From positions 229,006 through 293,005 of the forward strand of contig NMRA01000108.1 in the NCBI GenBank assembly GCA_002633005.1: a DNA stretch of 64,000 nt. The letters are read 5' to 3'. The notes below the pieces were generated by a model. The model was not told where the DNA came from and made no database searches. It worked only from the letters and a program-made list of their open reading frames with translations. The stretch comes from Phoronis australis. Lineage: Eukaryota > Animalia > Phoronida. Position numbers and translations under genes: made by a program. This document shows positions 24,961 through 37,388 of the stretch, piece after piece (position 1 is the stretch's first letter; the number at the start of each line of letters is the position of its first letter).

Positions 24961-25320
24961 AGTCTTCGTCGGATGAACTCTCGTCTAAGTCGGGATTGCG
25001 AGTTGCCATGTTGACTTTTGCTATTTTGCGTTCTGTTTCAAAATGAATTATCCTGACCCTAACCTATGCTTATATAAACTGGAACAAAGTCCGTCTCATT
25101 GGATGCAATTTGTAATCCTTTGAAGTACATGGGTATTCGTGAATGCAAATGTTTTGAGAAGCCAGCAATGAATAAGTCACTGCGTTACCGGTACCGGTAA
25201 TTGACTGGGCATCGAGCCGTGTGAGCGCATTAGTCCCGAACTGTCTTTCGTTATAATGTTGCAGACGCCGTCCTGCTGTTCAATAAGCTGTCACTAGATT
25301 CTGCACCACACGATACGTCG

Positions 25321-26135
25321 TAAGATACTAGGATAGAGTTCAGTAGCAGTCTCGCGGCTATAAAACGTAGCCAAAATCACGTGTTCTCATCTAAAATACA
25401 TTGCAATGTCTCGGGTAATTTCGGGAAGTCGCGGTTTTCCAGCTAGGTCCTGACGTTATTGAACTCAACCCAGTATTGGAAAAGTAGACACCAAGCCCTC
25501 CAGTCGCATGTCTAATATTTGGAAGGATCTTGCTTAGGCTACAAAGGGACAATACCTGCAGGCTCTGGTCTGTGTTTCTGAGAATTGATACGGTGATACG
25601 GTATGCATGTAGTTTTACAGTTTTAGAAGTCACACAACATCCGTTAACGTGATGCGCGATTTTCTACAGTCTCAACGATCCAATTACTCAGTGGTTTTCT
25701 GACCGACCGAGTTAATTGTACTCATGGGGTGTGGGGAGCTGACCGCGACCCAAAACCACACCCTTGCAAATGCCATACAATGTTATTGCATACGTTTGTA
25801 AAGGTTAAGACCCATACCAGAAGCACTTATTCTATTTGCCTTGACTTTGTATATTTTTTACTTACAAATACAAACGCATCTTTTGTAGTTGCATCTTCCG
25901 TTACTATAGTTTCTGTCAATGCAATAGTCCCTGCACTCATGATCGATGCAATCTCTGCGTATTCTTTGCAGTGCACCTAAAATAGAGGGCATTATTCACA
26001 TGTAAAATACAGTTGTACTTCATTCCACACTGCTCTAGCCCTGGAACGCCAACTCCGATCTCACAGCCGCTGAGATTGCGCTTTGTTGCATTGTTTGTTC
26101 TGGTGTGTGTACTTGCTATGGAATTTACTGCCATT
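25321..26135 (-). repeat. Duplicated block, copy B (paralog of 1161-2088)
   Basis: Colinear similarity to copy A, ending at a TTAA at ~26134. Confidence 0.9.
25858..25976 (-). CDS. CSalpha-beta defensin-like terminal exon B ((G)ALQRIRR|DCIDHECRDYCIDRNYSNGRCNYKRCVCICK*)
   Basis: Acceptor ctattttag|GT (phase 1), furin-type RIRR site, C-x4-C-x3-C-x9-C-x4-C-x-C with GxC, and TAA at 25860-25858. The upstream exon was not identified. Confidence 0.75.
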
Positions 26136-26399
26136 AAAGAGGAAATTGCAAGATCCAAACCAATCTGAGCAACAATATGGTCTAAATTCTTGTTTATACT
26201 TATAACTGCTATATTCTTTACATTAACTGAATTATACGTCGCAATAGAAAATTATTTACATATTTAGTGCCGTGGTGTTGTAACGCCATTGTTGTTACGG
26301 AGAACGGAAACGGCGCCATTTTCTTTCGTTACACATCTGTGACGTGCGTAGAGGAACACAAAGGAAACAATTTGTGTTCAAGTGAGTGCAGCAGCGTAG

Positions 26400-28315
26400 A
26401 TGAGGTATACTTTCAAAGGTACAGGGAATAACAGGTAGGCTTTTCAGATGATTCCGACCTTTCGGACGTGGAGGAGGAGGTGACAGATCCCATAGGAACA
26501 ATTTGTGTTCATAGCTTATCTGTAGTGGAGCCGTTATCCCGCAATCTCTCTCACGGCCCTTTCTTCAGTGGTCGAAGACTCAGCCCCAGCCACGGGCAGA
26601 AGGTGCGCAGGAGTTACGACTGGATGTTAGTGACTGGTAATAATATTCTTAATATGTATCCCACAACTGCGAATTATTACTTGGTCTTTTTTAATTCAAA
26701 AGTAGGTGCTTTACCGGTCAGTCCCAGGCGCCCACATCCCCACTGCCACTGGTGAATCGTGTTTCAGCCGTGGATAAATACCAGTTTCAGTGACAAAAAA
26801 CTGGGATTTTTTTGCATTTTAGCAAATCACTCAAAAAGTATTTGGTCTCTGATTATTTGTAGACAGTGGGGCACAGTGGTTTGAGCTCGTGGCTTTCACT
26901 GGCAGACAATTGAGCATTGCACAAAATTGCCTCCTACTTCTCTGAGACTGAGGTCGGTGTTGCAAGTGAGTGAATAAATGTATGCAAAGGAATGAATGAG
27001 AACCACTTTGGAATAATCGACTGTGGAGTGTAAAGAAAAGGATGAAAGAATGGCAATTTTATATTTTAGACTTTCTCACCTCGGTGCTGGGGGGATAACT
27101 TTATAGGTTATAGAACAGGTCACTTCATTTTTGTACTCAAGGGCCAAGTCAACTCGGACCCATATCAATGTACACATGTGGTTCAAAACAGTTTTATTTT
27201 GTAAGGCGATGCTTGAAATGGAAACAACCATTTCATGTCGATGTACATTGACCCAAAGTTGCCATTATTTATAAATAAAATATGGTACTTGGCCTGGGTA
27301 CGAGTCGACTAGGGTAGTAACTGCCTGGTAAAGTTTCTATAGCGTATAGAGAATATACCATTAGATTGGTGATTGCCCATATAGCTTAAGGAGAAGTTTT
27401 AAGAAATGTTCGTTGTAATATTTAAAATATGGGCGACCCTTTGAGTGGCAACACTGCTTTTCAAGTTGGTTTGCCCCATTGGCATTGTCTAGTTTGATTT
27501 ATGGTATGTGGGTGCCGATCGGGTTCAGATTGTGAGAACAGGTCTCACGACTACTTACAAACAGTCTCCTCCATCAATGAATCAGGGCAACTACCTTGTG
27601 TCTTAGAATCAGAATAAGAAATCAAACAACTAATGTCCATTACTATATCCCTGGCCATGATTTACCACTGCCCTGGGTGTAGCACTACTCATAAGTATGA
27701 AAAGTAAATATCTTTACTATATATGATCAATTTGTATGAAAAATAAGTAGGTTGTGATGTTCCAAAGTTTGTTTTTGGAAACAAATTTGATTTTTGTTCT
27801 GTTGTAAACAGGTCGCTAAACAATCAATTTTCTTAAAACCTGAAGTCGTATGCAGCCTCCTCAATTCAAAATTTTGATGTTTACTGAAGCAAAGTATTAT
27901 TGTTGACACATCTTGCAGGTGCATCTGTGGCAACTGTCAGACAACCCCAGTCGTTGAAGAAAGAGTATGTTGTCAAGAGGTCGACTAGGTTGTTGCAAAA
28001 CTTGATGAAGAAATGAAGCGTGACAACTTATACAGAAAAAATGACATGAATTGTAAAGCTTGGTAGTTTTAAACCTGTATGCATTAATCGTGATGTTTTG
28101 GAGATGCCTGGCTGCCATACAAAGGTCACTATCCTGATGGCTATGACGGACCCTTGGATAAAAGGATGCGACACGTGGCTTACAGACAGTTCAAAAGATG
28201 GGTACACGGTCACTTAGGACGAACTGTCAGTGGTGTCCTTCCAACATGCGCAGTAGCCTGCATCTACCCTCCGCCAGGATATGAGGAGGACTTTAAATTC
28301 CATGGATTTTCTTAA
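26400..28315 (+). pseudogene. Spliced, decayed P2X7-C-terminal-like (nanor-like) gene typical of KolobokP DNA transposons
   Basis: Exon ending LRLDVSDW (TG|GTAATA at 26636/7) joins ttgcag|G at 27919: WCICGNCQ...ERVCCQEV...FKPVCINRDVL...RHVAYRQFKRWVHGHLGR..VLPTCAVACI.PPP...FHGF*. It contains stops and frameshifts. Confidence 0.85.
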
Positions 28316-29414
28316 CAGTTTCATCCATTTATTAATGTCAGCAGTTGTCTTATCCCTGGAATATCAACTCCTGCACATGACCTATGTATTCTATTATTAA
28401 AACTTGAGACTCGGGGACTAGCCTTATGTAATTCGGATGAGTTTCAAAAAGTTGTTGTGGTGACAAATTTCATTGAGAGAACAAACATCTTAACAAACGA
28501 ATGCAACCGCAGCGCAACCTCGGGGGCATGAAATTGAAGTTGGCATTCATGAATGGACTTCTATAGTTTCAGAGTAGTAAATAATTGACACAGTGAGTAG
28601 CATTTATTGATACTAATCAATCTGGTTACTTATAATGACATGGTCATAACAAATGTAGTTTAACTAGGACTACATTGTGAACCTCTAAACTCAACATCAG
28701 TTTAACTTGTGGTTTACCTAGGTAAATAGAGGCATTGGTCTCAGTAGAGTCCAGATTGTGTGCTTGAAGCGATCACATTGAACAGTATGGCTGCTACATA
28801 AAAATTAAGTTTTGAATCAGGGCCATTTTCTGAGGTTGAGACTGAATCTCCTGCCCTTTTCTTATACAGTAGAACTCTCTAAATTGGTAGTGCTTCAGTG
28901 GGAACTTTAGAAAGGTTAGCATTAATTCCGCAGTAACGCCTCAAAATAACTCTAACTTTGATGAAATATGTCAGTCTCACTGGATCCAAGTGAGCGAGTT
29001 CTACTGTAATTCAATGAGATATCAGCTAACACGACACAGCAACCATTGAATCTTACCCCAAAAGCTCCAGTATGCAATAGCTTTAGATGTCCATGACATG
29101 GTATGAAAACATAAAAAGTATGCACATGTGTAGGAAGTGGGACATCTGCAGGGAGTGCTTGTACCACTCACTCAAAAATTCCCAAGAAAATGTTCTAATT
29201 CTGTGCAAGTGATTATTCTGTCGTACAATTTGGATGATATTATCGCACGAAGACTGACGAACCAAACAGCTACCTTTTCATCCCCACTTAAGAAAATCTT
29301 CCTATACCGATACACTGTATGGGACAGCTACAGTTTAGTGCAAATCAAATGTACCTAAAAAAGCTATGCCACAATATTTATAGTCATTGTATTGAAGAAA
29401 CATTGAAATATTTC

Positions 29415-29567
29415 TAGGGGCAGATCCAGGACTTTGATGTGGGGGCCAGGGCAGAGTACTAACCAGGATTTTGCCCATCTGGATATTCGCATCCCCGAAG
29501 TGTCAAATGGAATCTGGGAGAATTTTAGGAGGTGGGCATGGCCCCCTCTCTAAATCCTCCGGCATTG
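29415..29567. mobile_element. Short MITE, same family as 47079-47225 (opposite orientation)
   Basis: GGCAGATCCAGG...GGGGCCAGGGCAGA.TA.TA.CCAGGATTTTGCC matches the reverse complement of 47160-47225. Confidence 0.75.
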
Positions 29568-29836
29568 GTTTCAGTGTACGAACTTAGTATATCACCGGGT
29601 TTATCCATACAAACGGGACAGCCAAATGCCACACACAAAAGCTTTTCACAATTTCCAGTGCTGGCACTGTAAACACTCTGACATTGCTATCTGTACCGCT
29701 ATCTAAAATTTAATCTAAAACATCGGTTGTGACTGTCAAATATGTGACGGAAAGAAATTCAAGTGCTGTACATTGACAAAGCAGCCAGTCTGACTTTATC
29801 TGGATAACGGATCCTATCTGTGCCACGGCATCCTCC

Positions 29837-30300
29837 TTGAACACATCTGTGAGGTATAAAACAATTTATTGTCTTAAGAGTTATATAGAAATAGTTGATA
29901 TCCCACGTGTTTTTATCCAGTCTCTGACTCGATTGCGATGTTCAAATCATTCGTTACTAATGGAAAGAGGTCGCCACACAAATATTCCCTATGAAAACAG
30001 GTTGTGTGCGTTATGTAGTTCGGGATGTGTAGAAGACGAATACCACGTTGTGTTAGTTTATAGCGCGTACCAAGATCTTCGGGTTAAGTACTTAAGTGAT
30101 CGTTTTTGTCATTCTCCCACGACTTCTAAATTTGAATCTCTCATGAGAACTCCGGATATCCTACTTATTAAATTCGTCCATCACGCTTTCAAACGTCACA
30201 ATGTATTGTCCAATTTGAAACGTGACACCTAACAATGTTCTGTCTTGTCAGTACATGATATACTTTGGCCTATGGCCATGTGTATATGTCTCAATAAATC
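29837..30300 (+). mobile_element. 3' fragment of a non-LTR retrotransposon (second family)
   Basis: LTRLRCSNHSLLMERGRH..IPYENRLCALC...VEDEYHVVL is a typical ORF2 C-terminal zinc-knuckle region; AATAAA at ~30293. Confidence 0.85.
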
Positions 30301-30609
30301 ACTTAACAAATTAAAGGAAATTTAAACATTTAGTCAATATACTCATTATTATATCCAAATGAAATTGTGTTGTTTCAAAGGCGGCAAGATATTCAGTTGA
30401 TTTGACAACGATGAGCTGTCGTTTTGCTCTATTCTGGGCATGTTGGACACCAAAACGTGACCAATAAGATCCAGGATAGTATATCGACTTGTGTAACAGC
30501 GTGTGTGTGTAAATTTATTAGTCTTTGAAGCGTACGTAGTAATATGTTCGTCGAGTAATGAAATTTTAGATTAATGTTTTAAGATGAAGTAACAATTATA
30601 GTGTCATAC

Positions 30610-30823
30610 CATAGGCGGATGAAGGACGACCGAAGGAACCCGAGGACACACCCCACGGGAGACTAAAAACGCCGCCAGCATAGGTTTCTCGGCGTTATGC
30701 ACCTATTTTCCTTTAAATTGCGTTTGCCCCCCCCCCTTCAGAGACCGCTTGGAATGCGCGCGGACCTTTGCCTTTCTGCATGGGTGGTTGGGCCCCTTTT
30801 ACGACATCCTAGATCCACCACAG
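30610..30823. mobile_element. GC-rich MITE with imperfect TIRs
   Basis: CATAGGCGGAT...CCTAGATCCACCACAG ends resemble the other CAGTGGCGGAT MITEs. Confidence 0.55.
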
Positions 30824-31554
30824 AAGACACGAAGTAAATACCCATTAGTGAGTCAAAAAATAGGCCTGAATCTTTGTAAGTCAGGTTTTGCGAATTCAAT
30901 GCACTTTTGAAATTCAGTGATCAAGGTGATACTGTGGACATTGGGCGACTACTCATTACTTCTAATTTTACTACTACAGCACTGGCTGTCACTTGTCTTA
31001 TAAATTGTCTTTGGTGTTTTATGGCTACGATGCTTGCTGATAGTTCTACTGTACACACACTTACTTGTCTTCGTTGGAAACAAAAAAGGAAATGAAACGG
31101 AGGGAGAGGGGTTATATAAATGACTAGTTAAGCCATTAGGGAAACTGAATAAATTCAACAATTTAAAAGATTTCTTCTCTATAAAGACAAAAAGGATTCC
31201 TCACACTTGCTTTGGATAATTTAGTCAGGCTCGGAGGGGGAAGGAATGCGACGTTGGAATAATACGAGCACTCCGTAAAAAATGTCAGAAACATAAAACA
31301 TGTTGCATGTTGGAAAGGGTGCGTGTTCCCGGGGGGTGGGTGTCCCGTGAAGGAAGGACTAGGGCACGTGGGACTGAACGGAGTTGTACCAAGAGAACAG
31401 ATCAGTTACAGCATCTGTGCAGTTAGTGAAGCATACAACTTGACTACCGCAGTGTTGAGACCTCCACTGATAACTTCCAAAATTTTCTTCGTTGCCGTTA
31501 GCGTACTGTACAGTAGGTCAATAAAAGAATTCCAGTACAATGGTCTTGTCTAGT

Positions 31555-31970
31555 GTATAAGTCAAATTATTTTTAACAGAATCATTGTTGACATTGTTTA
31601 GTACTTTGAAAGTAATGGTTGTATTGTGAAGATTGCGTCGAGTAGACAGTTTGGGTCACTTGAGATTATTCAACACTATTGGATCCCACGTAAGCTCCAG
31701 TTATGAATAAGGCAGCTTGATACTGTGATTTCTCCAAATGCTGAAGTGCACAATGTTGGCAGACTGATATATAATATCACAATAATTGATGTATGGAAGT
31801 ATAAAGGATTTGAATAGGACTTCTGAATGTGTAAAATTCAGATGACGAGAGAGGAGCTTAAGTGGATTAATTACTATCTGAATTTTTTGTACGAGTGGTG
31901 TGAAGGAAATTTTTAAATCTAGCAGAATACCAAGATGTCTGTGCGAGTGTTTTCTAGGAATGAAGGTCAT
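31555..31970 (-). mobile_element. Old fragment of the 21011-23774 LINE family
   Basis: HRHLGILLDLKISFTP..LVQKIQIVINPLKLLSRHLN...LFKSFILPYINYCDIIYQSAN matches the intact ORF. Confidence 0.88.
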
Positions 31971-32724
31971 AGCTCAGCACATTTTGTCATTGGATAAGGG
32001 GATCTGGCAACCACAAGTTTCGGCAATGGGAATTGCTCAACACCCAAGTTGCAGCCCCTTGGTTTTTACTGTTCTGCACTCCTACCATGCAACCCTCTGG
32101 GACAGGGTCAACACCAATTAGCACCCATCCGATTTTTACCTGTTTAGCACTCCTCCCATGTCCCCCCTTCCGCTGGAGCCTGGGAACAACTGCCCCATGA
32201 AACCCAAAAGCAATCACTAAAATTATGTAGTCCACGGAGGTATAAAATGTAATTAGGAACGGTAATTTGCCTCATTCAATACCCAAACATGAATCAAAAC
32301 CATGGCTTTTGAAGGGAACTTCCAAGAGAATGAAAGCAAAACTCTTACTGTCTATTACACTTCAATAATGACTAAAACACACATTTTCATTCTCAGTTGA
32401 TAGTAAGTGAGTGTAAATATACGTATTTCACCTATTTTTAATCGCACAGTAATTTCATTGCATTTCAAACGTCATTAACATATGAATTTATCGGTGTTAA
32501 CGTGGTTCGGACTCACGCCGCTAAATTAGTTCGGCTTATTCGCAGCTTGGGGAGCCAGTTTTTTTACCGATAACCATTAGACTGGGATCCCAGAGCTTTT
32601 TTGGGCATGAAAAGGTAACCAATTTCCTTTGGTACCGCAGTGGCCTATGGGTATCCTCGTGCTTGGATATGGCCGTCCGGCAGGTTCGCTCTGGTGGGTG
32701 TGGTCAGGTGAGCCAAGAGAATGG

Positions 32725-33660
32725 CACTCAAAAATTGAGCTAGATCAACTTTTCTAGCAACCACTTCAAACTGCCTTCGATGCCTACTACCTAATCCACT
32801 GCATCAAAATTGGTCACTGCCAGACACTTTCAGAGGTGGGGATTATCAGGCAGATGACTTTAAACAAGGTACAAAATTGAGCTAGATCAATCCAAGAGGT
32901 AACTACATGAAACCAGTTGCAAAATATTCACCACGTATCACGAATGAACACTGCCAGACAAATCTAGTGATGGGTTATAGCCACGCCAGACACGCCCAAA
33001 TGCCCGAGTTGAGTTACATCAACCCACCAGGTAACAGTTTGAAACCAATTGCACGATGTTCAGCATCACTGTACATGGCACAACAGTTAGATGACAGACA
33101 ATTTCAGTGGTGGGGTGTCCCTGCCAGACGATTATCAAAACGGGTTAAAACTTGAGCTAGATCAACCCAAGAGGCAACCGCTTGAAACCAGTTGCAAAAT
33201 AGTCACCGTAAGTCCAGGTATCACGAATAAGCACCGGCAGACAAATCTATTGGTGGGTTAGCCCTGCCAGACACGCCCAAATACCTGAGATTGAGCTAGA
33301 TCAACCCACTAGGTAACCGTTTGAAACCAACTGCACGATGCTCAGCATTACTGCACATGGTGTAACAGTAAGATGCTAGACAATTTCAGTGGTGCGGTGC
33401 CCCTGCCAGACGACTAAAGAAAGGACTCAAAATTGAGGTAAATCAACCCAAGAGGTAACTGCATGAAACCAGTTGGAAATTGTTTTACGTAAGCCCATGT
33501 ATCATGAATAAACATTGCGAGACAAGCCACACACGACCAAATATCTGAGTTGGGCCAGATTTATCCGCCAGGTAACCGTTTGAAACAGTTTGTATAATGT
33601 CGAGCAACATTCTGCATGCAACAAAAGGTACTTTACAGACACTTTCAGCCGCGGGGCAGT
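32725..33660. repeat. Degenerate ~140-bp tandem satellite with A/B dimer structure (~7 monomers)
   Basis: Anchor TTGAGCTAGATCAA(-like) at ~32735, 32877, 33009, 33152, 33291, 33433 and 33550. Confidence 0.88.
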
Positions 33661-33744
33661 AGCATGCAGAGATTCGGTCGATGCAGGGGCGAATTTTTAT
33701 TGGACGCCTCTCTCTCAACTCAAATGCATAATATTCTATTCAGG

Positions 33745-34325
33745 CCTGTAGCCAGCATTGAGCGGGGGGTGGTTCGAATTTCAAGAACGATGGACCTGTG
33801 ATATTTTGCAAACGTCGACACTGCAGCTCAATTACGGGGAAGGGAAATCTGTATACACAACGATGACTCTCAGCTCTATGTTCATCAGATGAGACGGAAT
33901 TTGCAATACCAGAAACGAGGATGCTGTGGCGGTTGCTCGCAAAGAACGGGACACAAATTCGGATGTAATGTGGTCCAGAAAGAGAATGTTCTCGCATTAT
34001 CTCCGGCCAAAGTTTCAAATCAGCCATGCTTAAATGGGTGATTACACATCATTGCATACTCAGACGGAAATACTAAGTTTAGTCGGCGAATGACTAAATT
34101 GGCAAAATTGTTTTTCTGCTTGTATTTTAGCGTGTTACTTAAGTTGCTTACATCTCTGGAAATGGGAACAGCCCACTATTTAGAAGGTTCACTACTCCAA
34201 GAATCACTGTTACGAAGGTTTACTACTTCGAAGATTCACTACTCCGAAGATTCACTACTCCGAAGATTCACTACTCCGAAGATTCACTACTACTCCAAAA
34301 ATATCCAAACTTTCAAACTCAGATG
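33745..34325 (+). repeat. Interspersed repeat, copy 1 (copy 2 at 39545-40340), ending in a 16-bp GAAGATTCACTACTCC array
   Basis: Shares AAGGGAAATCTGTATACACAA.GATGACTCTCAGCT, GTCCAGAAAGAGAA.GTTCTCG and GACGGAAATACT; the 16-mer array lies at 34183-34295. Confidence 0.88.
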
Positions 34326-37300
34326 TGATTTTCGACCTTTTACATGCAAAAATAAACGATCTTTTGGTTTTAGATGCACCTATACCGAAAGCAACGCCGG
34401 GCACTACAGCACTTTGTTTGGATTTCATGTAGACAGTGACCACCGTTCCCAGCTAACAAGCACAACTTAGGAAACGGTGGACAGATTTCACTGTGCATGA
34501 GAAATTGCCCGCATGTCTTAAAATGAGTACGCACTTGCATTTAAAATGATCTGAAGTAGAATACTGATGAATTATACATAGACCATGATACATTCATCAA
34601 ATCCCCATGTCAAGATCGCATTGCAGTGCGACGCACACAGCCGCGTCGAAAATACATTGTGGCGAATGGCAAGATGGCGGAGTAGAACCTCCTATTGTGC
34701 TATACTGTTCAGCTGAAGACATGCTTGGCACGCCAGACGCTTCACCTTCGTGAGGCCGGCTCAGGTAATTGTATCTTCGTTATAAGCACTGATAAATCCA
34801 CACCAGCAAAAATAGACGCCCAGCCGGTTGCACAAAAGCAAAGACAATTAACTCAAGGCTCCCTACTGGAAGTAGGCTCTTATTGGTCCGAATGGTCATC
34901 ATGTAGTTTTGAAGCGCCACATTTCGGTGGCTGAAAGACCTGCAGGAATATACATGGGTACCTAAAAAGTAATATATTGGTTACCAAACTACTTTCCTTG
35001 GTGTCTTTGATTGGAGTCCAAAATGGGGTCAAGCAGTGTACATGTATACACCTACGTGTACATTCAAAGGAACACGGAAGGAAACGTTTAAAGCTTCATT
35101 TCACCACTATTTAGCTATCAATACTCGTCTTCTTAACCGAAGCTTTATGGGGTTTTAAAACATGACCAAGTTCGTCTGATTTTGAATTGTGAACTCAATC
35201 CAAAGACAATGCATGCATGCATCGTTTTTGAATCCGCATTTTTAAGTTTGTCAAACCGCAACAAACTATGAAACGTTCTTGAGTAGTTGATGGTTTCCAT
35301 ATTTTAGTTGGTTGCGGAAATAGAATTCCATCGCGGTTAGAAATATTCCAAGACCGATTTCCTTAGAGTAAACGTCCTAATTCTACTTTCTTTTAGCCAG
35401 CTAAACCGTAGGACGAAATGCAGTTTAAAATATGAAGTGTTTCAAAATTTTTTCCACGTCACAAGCTCGACCAGACTCACGGTCCGCTGGAGCAAGAAAC
35501 TCTTTAAAGGCGAAACTTCGCTGGATGTCGTCAGGCATTACAGCGACTGCACGTGATTACTTCAACTTAATTTGGGGAACTGGGCTTTAAGCACTGACAG
35601 TTTTTGTTCTCACCTCCGTCTCCGCCATCTACCGGCAACGCCTGGAGGCAGCCCATAGCCAGCATCAATACAATGAATACCGCGACACACTTCATGACTT
35701 CTAGTATTCTGTAATACAACGTCAGATCATGTTACCGGGAAACAAGTACATACAAGGAGAAACAAGAAAATGCGATTGAAACAAAATGGCAATAAGCGTT
35801 TGCCAATGTTTTTCTCCTCGATAGATCAATTACCCATCCGCATTATCAATTACAAATTGAAAACCATGTGGATACACAGTCTTTTCCTCTAAAGTTAAAG
35901 AATCAAGTATCTGCACGGGTCTATTTGAGAATTGTCTAACTCCATCTTGTGAATTGGGGTTTTGAAAAATGTCTTGTAACTTAACAACCGTCAGTTAGCA
36001 GAAAATGCGTGTCTTTCGTACCATAAGCTTTCATATTGAGTTGCCATGTGACGACAAAACAAGTCAAAGTAATTTTTTCTTGTAAACTGCAAGCTAGGGC
36101 TTTGTTTCTTTACTTAAGAAATTCGACTTAAGTTAAAATTAAATGGAAAACATTTCTCAAATATTCTCGCAGTGAAGTTGATAGATCACATGTCCAGGCT
36201 AATAGCACTGAAACTTCAAGACCAAGCCTGACAAAGGGTTAGGTATATCATTGAGTTCAAACCTCAAACAATCAGGACTGTGAGTTGATAAAAGCAAAGA
36301 CGTCAAATACAGTACCATTGATAAATTTTGAAGAGTTTTCGTTGCTTGAACTGTTCATTGGACTGTAAATACTGGCGCTTCTAACATCCGCTTAGGGATA
36401 CCGAAGACGAAGAACTATGAGCTCATTAGTCTGCCTTTTAAAAGTGACAGCTCACCTCCAGGTGTGAAAATACGAGAAAAATTGAACGCACTTTCAGCTG
36501 TATCATTCAAGTGCTCTGGCCTTGAAGTGACTTTTCCACTGAGTCGTCGCAGTGTCACTTGTGTTCTAAATTAGAACACGTGTAATCAATCTTTGATCAC
36601 ACAGAGTACACAAATGAACATTATGGCGTTCTGAGACTAGAATGCCAAATGTTCACCTCCAGTAATGTTAGTGTTACTTACACGCTTGAATGTATTACAT
36701 CACTAAAACTTAGTAGGGAAATTTGAAGGGCACATTTTCTTTCGAAGACCACTTACGATGAACAACTCAGACGCATTTTTACGTACATTTATTTTCTTAC
36801 TTTTTTGCCAGTGTAGTGAAATGTACCTTACGGGAGGAAATTGCAATCTGTAAATTCAACAAGAAGAACAATAGTGTCACTCAATTTGTGAATAGTTGTA
36901 TAATTGTTGATTGTGACTCATAGGCCACGTAGAATCATAAAGTCTTAACTGCATATCTGAACACGGTGTGTTCTGACGGGACGCACCACTCCAAGAACAT
37001 TGGGCGTTCAACGACCGCCATTCAAATTCTTTAACGCGCATGCGCTTGCGAAATCGTTTTCTTGTTATCCGCCAGCGGGATCATTTTGCTAGTGTTTGCA
37101 AGCATCTTTTTGTGAATATTATAGGCCCATCCAATGTTCGCTGGGTTTTAATAATTGATGCATCTACAGTTTAGACTAAATTTTATCGGTAAGTATTGCA
37201 AACGGTGATCTTACTTCTTGATTTAGTGGCTTTTCAAAATTTCACTATCACATCATGATATTGCGTGATTACATTGGCCATTGCCATTGGCAATGCTACT

Positions 37301-37388
37301 GTAGGAAGTGTTTAGTCACTGTTAAGTAATTGAACCATTCCATGCTTTTGGGGCTCGAAAATGAAACGGAAAAAATGTGTTGAGATAC

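Noticed and set aside
27919-28315. Host P2X7 receptor gene
   Set aside because: Only the C-terminal Cys-rich domain is present, with stops and frameshifts and no channel exons; this fits a transposon accessory gene.
34183-34295. CRISPR-like array
   Set aside because: Contiguous 16-bp tandem units with no unique spacers, in a eukaryotic context with no cas genes.
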